The position numbers and the translations under genes are program-made. The notes below the pieces were generated by a model. That model did not search any database, was not told the origin of the DNA, and was given only the letters and a program-made list of their open reading frames with translations. Positions 1 to 10,720 of a stretch of DNA of 64,000 nucleotides are shown here, piece by piece (position 1 is the stretch's first letter; each line of letters begins with the position of its first letter). This DNA comes from Raillietiella orientalis (lineage: Eukaryota). The stretch spans positions 10,292,001 through 10,356,000 of the forward strand of contig JAYWIR010000001.1 in the NCBI GenBank assembly GCA_036172245.1, given 5' to 3'.

Positions 1-2596
1 TTTTCCAACGAAATGAGAAAATCTCAGAAGCTTCTGGAATGCTGTCTCTCCCACTGCACCTTGCAAGAGCGAAGACGAGAGTCTCGCTCTGCAGCGTCCC
101 GGTTCAGTTTCCCTTCAAACCGATTCGAAAAGCAAAAGTCGTCTCCTTCGAATCATAGATTCCCCTATTCTTTGAAAAAGAAGTGGATCCTTTTTCTGCT
201 TTTCCTGATCGATTCTGATCCGACCGTCGACTAGAAGACACAGAAAAGGCAAAGAAACAGAAACAGCAAGAAACATCTCTCTGCATTTCACCTGATGGTT
301 TTGGGTAAGCAGAATAAGGAGAGAGCAAGTCTTCTGGAGAAGGAACTTCCTGGAGCTCGCATCATTGCTGAACATGAGTCTTAGTAAAGCGTTCGGATCT
401 TTCGCTGCATCAGATGTTCTGTGCAGCACCAATTCAAAGCTGAGTGGATTGCCCGTTCATTGAATTTTTTCATTTTGATCTTTGATTTGCCGGAAGAACG
501 CAGTGCCTTCGGGATGCGGTTTCCTTATCTTCTGAGTTTCTCCCTCGGCTTTAGCCATTTGCCTGTTGGTCTCTGCCTTGAGGTGAAACAAAAAAAAAAA
601 AAAACTTCCTTATCGCAAGGCAGCGGTGGCTCTGAAGTTTCTTCTTACTTTGACCGGAGAAGGGAATCCGATACTTACCATCGATCCACAGCAAACCACT
701 GCTTACTGCCCATGGAAGATGCTGATGCATTTGCTTTCGTATTTGAAGATTGCCGTTTACGTCGGTAGCTCTAGGCGCTCTCTTCATCACATTAGGTTAC
801 GAGGCAAACAGCTTTTTTTGGAGCAATGACTGCACGGATCGCATCGACAAATGAATAGAGGTGAAGTGCGTCCTCAGTCTTCATGGGTTCCTTACGGAAA
901 GATACATGAGCACTTATTTTTTTATCCTAGTTTTAAGGTGAACACCAGTGCCATACGGCAGCTAGAGAGGGGAGAAAAAACCTGCCAAACATGTCCCTGC
1001 CAATAGTTGCAAGCGTGCTTGGAAATCCCATTAGACGTGTTTGTTGTGGGAAATCTCTGAATCCTGCAGGACAGGACCATTAGCCGTCACATTAAATAAC
1101 CATGCACGTTAACGGATGGATTCTGAGACGATGTGAGACGTTCGTCTCCAGAGTGACACAGTGCTCCCTCTCTTGAAAATGACTGAGCCGCTTGGGTCGT
1201 CGGATCCCACAGCGAGCGTTTGGGAACCCGGAATTTGCTGAAGCGGGCGGGCCTTGCCTTCTTCGCGAGGGAGGTGGGAATTTCCTCGACAAATAACTCG
1301 TCTGTAAACACGTCCGATTTGTTTCTGAGTGTCGGCCTTTTTGTTCCGTGTTTGGACGCCATTTCACCCCCACCCCCTTCGCCCTGTTTGCCGCCATCAT
1401 GCAATTCGAGCGAATTTGCGAGAGGAGCGGAGCAGCGCAGAAGTGGAGAAGGAATTAGCCATCCCTATAAAGAAGACGTTGCTCCCTCCCGTTTCGAAAG
1501 CTACACCTCTGAGATGTACCCTGGATTGACAGTTAAATGCTGAAAAATTGAAATCGGCGCTCTTGGGCATGAATTCGATCATTATGGGAAAAGGAACGGA
1601 ATTCTATTTAATGGAAAGGTTCCTCTACGTTTCCTGCTTTCTCATTGCTTTTTTCCATTGTCTCAACTTTAATTCCTCGGCTTAATGGATGCATCAAGCT
1701 CAATGAAGACAAATGAAATTCTGCATTTTGAAAAAACGTAACCAACCGTGAGAAACTCAACTCCGATCTTTGGCTACAGGACGAAAGCGGCGCTGTTTTT
1801 CTTTTCTGCATCATGCCGGAGTAATTATCTTCGATATCTGTTCTCATGGAATGAGAACGATGATTCGTTTTTGATTCAGGTGTTGAGCGTCACTGCGAGT
1901 TGTCGCGCGTACGTGAATGACAAGGTTATTAATAAAAAGGGAATTAACGGGAATGACGTCCTGAAACTGTTTCTGAATCAGCTGATCGGTATCCGTCACC
2001 TTCAAACTTTGGAGTGCCTCATTTCCAATTCTTTCCATAACTGAGTAAGCATCTAGGCAACCATCCTTGTTGGCGACACCCCGTTCGAAATTCAGGATTA
2101 TTTTATCCTGCAGTTGGGAGTGGTCAGTGAAACTTTTTCCTGAAAGTTTATTCTTGTCATTATAAATTCGTATAAAGTCCTCGCCGATAAAGTTTGCAGA
2201 TGCAATTTCCTGTTTGCAGTTCTTGTGCAAGAATGCTGCAGCATCTCAGGATGTTTAATTTGTATCAGCCGTCACATTTATCTGTCTCTTGTTATTCATC
2301 TAGTGACAAGGAAGCGGATGTTTATTCGTGATTAATTCATCTTTCTTTATGAACAGAGGCAGCGTATGCGTTGTCCGAGTTGACTGTCATAGAAAAATAC
2401 TACAGAAAGTCGCAATCCGCCAGTTAAAAAATATATATATAAAGTTTCATGGAAAGATTTAGTCACCGTAAAGTTGCACTTTTCTGTAGATTCTGTGGTA
2501 TGGAAAAACACCGGGAAAAGACTAAATATTTAAAATTATTAGGTAGTAAACTATTCAGAAGTTGTTCCCGAAAGTTTCCAAGTTCTCCGTTCACTG

Positions 2597-2646
2597 AAGT
2601 TTTCCATTTATTCCCTAACTTCTTCCAAGTCTTCCATTTACTCCCT
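2597..2646. repeat. Short direct duplication, 30-nt period
   Basis: AAGTTTTCCATTTATTCCCT at 2597 and AAGTCTTCCATTTACTCCCT at 2627. Confidence 0.7.
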
Positions 2647-3039
2647 TAATTATCTGAACACGGTATTCTTATTCTTGTAGCACATTAGGTTTCTCACAGG
2701 GTCCATTCACTTGCTGAATCACCTCATTTGCTGCTTTGTGCACTCATATGTGGAATGGGATTTCGTGAATTCGGGCGCTGTCCATGCGATAATGAGTACC
2801 TAATGAGTGCAGAAGCCTTGCGTAGAATCTACATACCGTTCGGAACCATGGTGATGAGCGCATCGAGGATTTCCGTCTTGAAAAGGTGCCGATTCGAGCG
2901 ACCGTTGGAAAACCAAGGAGGTACTGTTGGATCCACGTGGCTTCTCCACGTGTCGCGAACTTGGGAAAACGAGCCGCTTCCTTCAAAATTCATGATGACC
3001 TTACTTGAAAAGACGCAACCTCCGAGGAACACGTGGAAC

Positions 3040-3480
3040 CTCTAGAAAGTGCAACTCATCTTCTCAATCACACTGGCTCCTTTTTGTCTTTCGGGGAATT
3101 GAACTGCGATTGCGGGGACTGCAAACGGGAGGTACAACTCGTCCACGTCCTTGTCTCAGTAGAAGGGAGCAGAAGTGGCATGCAGTCCATCAGACCTCGT
3201 GTCTTCCCCGGCAGAAACACGTGATGAAGAAAGCCTTTGCTTTCTCAGTAACCTGAAGGAACCTTTCCGAGTGCAACTGATTTCCTCGGGACTATGAACG
3301 AATAGTGAGGGAGTTGAGAACAAGTAGATTGCCTTCTGGAAGCCTGGAAGATTGCAGTGGAGCCCACCGGAGAAGTGTTCTTGAAAAAGAGTATGTCTTG
3401 GAAGCGGAATGAGGAGTGAGTGGAAAATGGCAAGCATGAGGACCTTGCAAATCTCTCAAGGAACGGAGGCTGGTTTCCCT
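3040..3480 (-). mobile_element. Decayed non-LTR (LINE) reverse-transcriptase fragment
   Basis: Frameshifted reading ST..FQDI....GSTAIF/GFQKAIY...KGSFRLLRKQRLSSSRVSAG..SDGLHATS resembles the LINE RT stretch AIFLDFQKAFD...YLS.R.Q.V..G..S...TSGVPQG. Boundaries approximate. Confidence 0.42.
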
Positions 3481-5263
3481 AGTTACTGCCTTGTGCCATG
3501 CAGATAACTAATGAAACTACATTGGCCATCACCTTCAGACGTGAACTGCGTTCTTTATTAAGCACGAAGATGAGTAAGATTGCGAGCTATTTGGATTAAT
3601 TGCATGCTCGGCTAGTGGCCATCAATCACTGGTAGTAACCAATCAACAATAAGAAGAGAAATGTGTTGCGAAATGCATCAGGAATCAGGATAGGAGAGAC
3701 AAAATTCAGATTTAGAACACGATAATGAGGCCGAGTCAGACAGCATTGCGAGCAGGAAGTCCACGTCCAAATGAAGAGGAAAGACCTGTGTTCTGGTTGC
3801 TGAATTCCAATGTTCACTGCAGCCGGATCAGGAAAAGGACTGCGGCGAATCCCAGTTTCCCCTTCGCGGGCCTTTCACAAGGAGTTCTGGCAGCCTCCGG
3901 AGTCAAATGCCTCCAACTCTGCTTCTCATGCCAGCGGGTTCTCCACATGCCTCTCTCCGGATCGGCAAAAGTGGATGAATGTGCACGCGGGGACAAACGC
4001 CAGGAGCTAAAGGATCCAGTAGGAAGTCGATCATGTATTCCAAGGAAAACTATGCCTGTGGTTTTCTCATAGAACACTTCCGATAAGTCGCAGAGGAAAC
4101 AGGGAGGAAGGGGAAAGGAGGAGGAGAAAGGGAGGAGGTTGCCCTCTGCTACCGTCTCACATTTCAGCATGTGAGCGTGAAGAGCGTTTTCCAAGAGCGA
4201 ATTCCTTCTCCGAGTGGGTTCGGAGGCTGCGCGATACTCGCCAGATCAACCCCTGGTTGCTGACGAGGTGGAGCACGTTCTCAGCAATCTTGAAGTGCCT
4301 GTACCGCGGCGAAACACATGCAAGGAAAGCATGAAAGACGATGATGAGATATATCGATCCAGAATGCAACGCGCGGGATCACGGCCACCCTCAGCTTCCT
4401 GTCTTTGCCTGAACCTGTAAAATCGGGCAAGTCCCCCAAGGAGGGCACGGAATCGCTTCCTTCTGAGTGACGCAGATGCAGTCGTCAGCATGCGCGCTGG
4501 TGAAGAGGGAGCTACTCCGATTCCTGGGAGGAGGCGAGACGCTCCTCCGTGATTCCCAAAGTTCTCAGAGATAAGATCGCTCGAATTTCCCAGTTCAAAG
4601 GGCTGTATGAGAAACGAGCGTCCCAGGATGGGGTTGTAGCCACTCGCCGCGCTAATGCTTTCCAAAACTCTCGTCTGGAAAAGGGCCTCCGGGACTCTCT
4701 GGCTGTCGCGGAACTTTCCCTACAGTTCGGTGCTCGCTCTTCGCGTGCGTAGAACACTTGGGAAATCCGGGAATTCCGATGTTTCTAAAGTCCCGGGGTA
4801 GACATTGTCGAGATTGAGGGATGTACCAATAGCACGGAAAAGGAACCCGCTGCGTCACTGATGTTCTGATTTCAGGAACCAAGTTCTCACGATTTCCCGA
4901 GCCCTGAAGAGATGCTCCAAAGGACCTCATGCGCAGTCCTCTTCCTTGGTGTGGAAAAAAAAAGCCAGAGGATCGTTCCCAGAGAATTCTTTCCCAAGAA
5001 GCGACATGGAATTTTCGAAAGCCTACCTCTTTGTTGAGTAGGATGGTTTCTTCCATACGCAGCACACCCGCCTCACGCTTCCCTCGCACCAATGAAGGAC
5101 GGTTCCTCAAAGGTGTCCCGTTGCCCTTGGAATTTCAAGAGAAGTGATACAGGTGGAGGGAGTTCCTTCTCTTTACTTTCCTCGACCCCCGATCTCAGTG
5201 GCGCTCAGTGGACACGGTCTGCCGTCCCATCCGAACGATGGATGCCCGGGATGCTTTGAAAAG

Positions 5264-5723
5264 ATGCCATTTCTACGCGACCACGATGAGGACGTTATGA
5301 AATTGCTGTACCTTGTCATCGTGGTCAACTCTTGGCGCCTGGACAGAAATTGGGAAGCCTCGTCCTTTCAGCTAAGCTCCCGGGTAGTCAAGACGAAGTA
5401 CGGTCAACTGCGAGGACTGATACACACCCATGAGCACAAGGCATTGCCCCCCGTGGAGGTATTCCTCGGCATCCCCTTTGCGTCGCCTCCGCTGGGTAGC
5501 CTGCGCTTCATGCCCCCCGTCACGGCGTCAAAGTGGAGCGGGATCAAGATCGCCGACAAATTCAGCTCCGTGTGCCCCCAGAAGTACCCCGACATTCGAA
5601 ACTTGAGCCAATCCCTCAAGCACATGCCTCTGGGAAGGTACAGGTTTCTGAAAAAACTTGTCCCTCATCTGGCGAACCAGAGCGAAGACTGCCTGTACCT
5701 GAACCTCTATGCTCCAGCAAGTG
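5264..5723 (+). CDS. Nlg: Neuroligin coding exon 1 (N-terminus of the cholinesterase-like domain)
   Basis: In-frame ATGs at 5264 (MPFLRD...) and 5297 (MKLLYLVIVV, signal-peptide-like); the true start is uncertain. Encodes VKTKYGQLRG...FLGIPFASPPLGSLRFMPP...VCPQ...NQSEDCLYLNLYAPAS. Donor G|GTAAGT at 5723/5724, phase 1. Confidence 0.93.
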
Positions 5724-6049
5724 GTAAGTCTCCACCACCACATCTTCGAAGGGGGAAGAGGGGAGGCGGGAAAACGCGAGTAATGAATGTGAAGGGGAGG
5801 GGGGGGATGTGCATGACGCTCGCCTCGTTGCGTTCCACGATTTTTCGAATCCCTCCCCGAATCATGGGGGAGCGGACCGTCCGCAGGAGTAACCGTAGGA
5901 GATTTCGAGAAAGATGCCCCTTCCCTTTCGTGCAGTTTTCGCTCCCACATCTTCAAGTAAATTCGCACGATGATGAGAGAGGGCTCCATTCTTCTTTTGA
6001 ATGCTTGAGCAGTACCTTCCGGTTCGCAATAATCGGCAACTCCCCCTGA

Positions 6050-6590
6050 CATGTGGGAGTCAGGTCAATGGGCGATGGATACCCTGCGCATCGAAGCGGA
6101 CATTGTGACCGTCGGGTATGAGGTCAGCCAAAACACTTCGTCGGTCTCTATCGAGATGACGAGGTCCGTGGACCTGGAGAAGCCTTTCGTTGGGGAGAGA
6201 GAGCTGTTCCGGGTCGCGGGCGAGCAATCGCCTCTGGGTAGCGAGCTGGTGCTCCAGACCGTCCGAAGTTCAGTGAGCCCCGTGGGTGCGAGGACCAGGT
6301 CGACGGAACGTGACCTCTACCTGCCAGATCCCGTCTCTCGGAACACCGCTGGCGTTCGCCAGCTAAGCTTGGCACATTGGTGAAGGTGGAGCTTCTGGGA
6401 GAGTTCCATGAGGCGCAGTTGACCACGTCACGTGAAGGTCAGGGGTAGATGCTTTGCGGGATGACACGTACGAACACTTTTCGTCTCCAGTTGTTGGCCT
6501 CTGTAGCAAAATAGTCCTTCAGCAAAGATGCGAGAAAGAATTGGAGTAGTACTCATCTCAGATGTTGACGATAACATCGGCGGCCCGTGC
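6050..6590 (-). mobile_element. Decayed LINE AP-endonuclease fragment
   Basis: Minus-strand reading VIVNI*...RGQLRLMELSQKLHL...TP...RSRSVDLVL...W...GDC resembles the APE motifs IVNIY, RG..L, S.IDL.L and SDH; contains stops. Confidence 0.33.
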
Positions 6591-9197
6591 AGAAGCAATC
6601 GTTTGACGGCGAAAATTGGAATTTTCAGCTCCCGCTGTTATCGATCGGGTGGTGGTCGCCTGGAATGAATCCGAGTGATGACGGGCATCTGGGCATTTGT
6701 GAAGATGAAGCCATGATGGATGCGACGGTGTCCCGATTGCTGCAAACAGCAGTCGTGCTGGGACGGCGGAACGACCTGCTGGAAAAATGGTCGACTGCTT
6801 CTCTTGAACTAGCATCCATCATGCACCGTGCCGCTTCTTTGATAAATGCACATCTCGGTATCTGTCCTCAGATGAGATTCACTCCCTTTCGCTGGGATGA
6901 CCATGCGCTTCTTGAAAAACGACTTTCCTGCCAGCAACCGCATTCGATTCACATTCCAGCACGCTGCGACGCAGACTCCATTTGTCTGTGCCAGATTATT
7001 CTTTCGAGTTTCCAAGAGTGGACGGCGTAGAGGTAAGGAGAACGGGGTGTCCGGCATTTCCCACGTTGAGGCCATTCTTTACGGAGCCCTTGGAAAGTTA
7101 CCTCCTGCTTTCGTGCTGCTGGAAAGCTAGGCTTCCTTCTTTCGGCTTCCCATCTGCTGAGCAACTAGTAGTCGTGCGGCGAGGAAAGTGAAAAGGAATT
7201 CCTCATGCTGCCCAAGGGTTACGTTTTTCATCAGCTTCCTTTCGTTGGTGGACTTTGGTTCGGTCGGGAATGCAGGATAAGTCACTCATCTCGGAGTGCA
7301 TCTCAAGATTCTAGGAAAGCATCCTTCTTTGTCCGTGGCGTCGGTGTGAGGAACAGCAAAGTGCGCTCTCTTGGAAGTCACTCGACCTGTTTGCCCAAGA
7401 GCGCCATTACGCGTGCTCATTGTGCGCAGGCCGTGTTCCGCTTTTCTTTTCTGGACTGTTCCAGACCAACGCGCACGAAAGCTCATCCAAAGAAAACTCG
7501 AAAATTTCACCCTGCAGTCGTTGGCGCCTCCAAGATTCTTCGAACCCCGTTGGCGGTATCTTAGATCTGCGCAAAAAACGCGACGAATATGTGAGCCAAA
7601 GAACGCGATTCTCAGAATCGGGAGGACGCGCACGCACTCCCATATGCACCGAGGACCAGAAACATCGCTAGGAAGACGGACTCATCTTTCATGCTGCTTC
7701 CTTGTTTGCGATGAGCTCTATTTTGGAAAGGGAATGGAGATGTAGTGCATTTTTTTCCTCGTCTATTTATTTGCTCGCCACAATCCTTTGTTTTCAATGC
7801 ATGTAATGGCAGCCAGTCAGTGCTCCTCATCAGCACATGCTTCGGAAGGTAGAAACCGTATTCGGCCTTTTCGTACACATCGTACACACTCCCCCTTGCA
7901 TGTACAACTGTGCACGTGCAATCATCCGGGCTGTCCTTATACGTTTCGGTCATTTCTTTTCTGCGAAGAGTGCGCAAATACGGGAAAGCAGTCTGGAGCA
8001 CTCCTCGTTCCCCAAGAAATCCGTCCGGGAGCGCAGATGATTCCGTTGCCGCCTGAAGGACCTCTGTTTTCGTATCATTTCAACTTAGTAAAAATCTTTA
8101 AGATGCACGTCGCATTTAACAAATGGCTCCGAAATGTTTGTCTCTGCTGGTTGACGACCCCATATATCACATCAAATGATTTCGGAGCTTTTCCATTGAT
8201 TTTTTTTCGGCACCATCATAAAAGTTTCCTATTCATTTGTGCAGCTCTTCCCGAATTACTTCCACTACAAATAAAAAATTTTACTCGGGACTCCGACGCA
8301 GTCTTGCTTTGACTCCAGTGCCGTCTAGCTCTTTCTTCAGCTAACGATCAATTTGTTCACAAGTCTGTAAACGTTCCTGCAGGATATTCAAACTAGAGTT
8401 ATCTTTCTCTGACCGATCTTCGCGAGCTCTTGTAGAATCTGGAGCGCGATTTTTTTTTTTCTTTCTTTCCTTGAGCAGAATGATTCGGACGGCCAGAGGA
8501 AATTCGTGATTTCGTTTCCGTGCACCGAATTCGATCAGACGAATACTTCTGGTCCCTGATCTCGAATCTGGCCAGCTGCGGAATCTCCAACGCGCTGACC
8601 CTCCCTGTGAGCTGATGCTCACGCTGGTTTCTGCATCGGCCGCAAGTTGCACGTTGCACTCATTTTTCCAAGCACTCAGCTGACATCTCAAAAAGGGCGA
8701 ACCCAGCGCTAGTTGAGAGACGGATGGATTCCGCAGTGGATGGATTCAGGCATTTCCGATCCACTGCTGAAGTACGAAAGGGTTGCGAGTTCTCAGTGAG
8801 CGATAGTCGATAATTCGTTGGGACGGCACATTCGGAGAAAGACATGCCCTGGATGCAGGCTGCATCCGTGCAAAGGATACCTTCGTCACCTGACGACGTG
8901 AGGGAAGGCTACCCGTCATCAAAGATCAAGTGAGTTTCTTTGTGGAAACGCGCATCTCTCATACGAAAATGCCGATACCGACACGGTCGTCATCTTGTTG
9001 GTTTCTTCTAACATCACTTTATAAGTAGCTCAACATGATTGCACAGGAGGAAGACGCAGATTGCAGTGCACTGTTTGGAACGTGCTCTTTGCCAACCGGA
9101 ATTCTGGTTGCTGCTTGGTGCTGTCAGCATCATTTTTCGAAATCTCAAAAACCAAGAGCCGTTCTCTTTTTCTCGTTCTTCTCGTGCGGGTTCTCAG

Positions 9198-9206
9198 TTG
9201 AACAAG
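9198..9206 (+). CDS. Candidate 9-nt cassette micro-exon (adds V-E-Q)
   Basis: Pyrimidine tract 9162-9195, then CAG|TTGAACAAG|GTAAGT. Perfect consensus donor, phase 1-1, frame-preserving, with TGC at -13 to -11. Confidence 0.5.
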
Positions 9207-10049
9207 GTAAGTGAAATCTCTCAGTGGAACGAGAAGCGATTAATTCAAGATCAAGAAGCAGTCCATTGGATATCAGAACTGAGGAGCGCTCTCTCTAACA
9301 TGGAAGCTTTTTGCTTTTCCTAACCGAAAATTCAAAATTTTCCAGAATGTTCGCTTGGTTTCATGCTGCTTGGCTTCATAGCGCCCATGAAATTTCATTG
9401 GAAGACGAGCGATTTAGCAATCTGACATGTTTTCTTCAGTTTTTTTTTTTTTTTTCTCACATTGAGGAAAAGAACCCATTTAATGCGAAACCTGAAAATT
9501 AGGGCGTGTCCTCGTTCGTTGAAGATGATATTTTGGGAATTCTTTTTGGTGCTGTTTCGAGTGGATAATACGTACTTCTTTAATGGTCATTAACTTGCTG
9601 TGGCAGTCACCAGCCTCAGCTCCGTAATCCACATGGCAAAGCGACTTCGTCTTTGCGAGAACCGCAGCTGTGGATGGGTTCAGCTTTCTACGTCAAGAAA
9701 GTCTGTTGTTCGGGTGGAATGAGCCACACGTGGTCTTTTGAGTTTTCAGGCCCGAAGGTTTCTTTTCTTTTCTGTTTTTTTCCGTGAAGGAAAGTTTCTC
9801 ATGTCCTTTTTTTGTTTGTTTTCAGTTATCTGCAGCACGCAATTTCGTCACGCACACACGAAAGCAATGAAAGTCTTTAGATTTCGAGACTGCAGCATCA
9901 GTACGGAGTTCACTTAGTCGATGCCGGTATCAGACATGGCATGCTTGTATCAAAATTTGAGCAATCTTAAAGAGCAAAAAGCTGGACCGTTTTCTTTTTT
10001 TACCGACCCTGAAACATTGAATAAGTAGGGCTGTGTATGGCACTGGTCG

Positions 10050-10400
10050 AGCATGGGGACAATCTGAAGGGTTCAATACTCGAAATATACTTTAATAAAT
10101 GGAAGGCTGGTAGATTATTGATACGGTTAATATCATTATCCATATCTCGAAAACCAAGCCCATCAAGGTGCTCCTTGCTCCTCTACCGTGTCCACTCGCT
10201 TGCTCGCAGTGTACGAGAGAACTCCGCTCTCGTTCAACTTTATTCTATGGAAGATGTGGAAATGGGATTTCAGCCGGGTAGTCACCTCTCAGAAGCAAGT
10301 AATGTCAGTGAGTCTCACAACTGAGGTCAATCCTATTCTCGTTATTCATGAAAGGAAGCCCTGCTTCTAGTTGGTTGCGTTATCGCCCTCTTAGGTCCAT
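10050..10400 (+). mobile_element. Decayed LINE (CR1/L2/Jockey-like) AP-endonuclease N-terminal fragment
   Basis: Across frameshifts, in the expected order: FNTRNIL/NK (cf. FNARSI.NK), NIIIHISKTKP (cf. DII.ISETK), RSVR (cf. R.DR), LLVGCV/YRP (cf. LVGCVYRPP). Confidence 0.4.
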
Positions 10401-10684
10401 TTCTGAAGGCTGAAGTACGCAAACATGAGATGTCCTTCAGCTCAATCTTGTTGTGAAAATACAAGAGTACCTTAAGAAACCGAGGCTGACATCGCGTACT
10501 TTTGAGGGAATTTTGTTAAAGTTCCGACGCATTCATTTGTGACCAACCAAACGTCCATTGATTTAAAAAAAAAAAAAAATCCGCTTTGGAGTGTTTTGGT
10601 AGAGGTCACAACGAGATAAACAACGTTTTCTGAAAACGAGATGAGCAGTCGGTTTCGCTTGCATTCCCGTTCTTTTCTTGGCAG

Positions 10685-10720
10685 GTGTTTCTCAAGATCA
10701 TCTGACGGAAGCTGCAAGCA
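10685..10720 (+). CDS. Candidate 36-nt cassette exon (GVSQDHLTEAAS)
   Basis: TTCCCGTTCTTTTCTTGGCAG acceptor, 36 stop-free nt in phase 1-1, donor A|GTAATT. Confidence 0.33.

Noticed and set aside
1844-2230. 128-aa minus-strand ORF with protein-like composition
   Set aside because: No recognisable motif or convincing splice sites; cannot be called a gene or a TE.
5724-6049. Continuation of the 301-aa ORF past the exon 1 donor
   Set aside because: Homology stops at LYAPAS, where a consensus GTAAGT begins; the tail is intron read-through.
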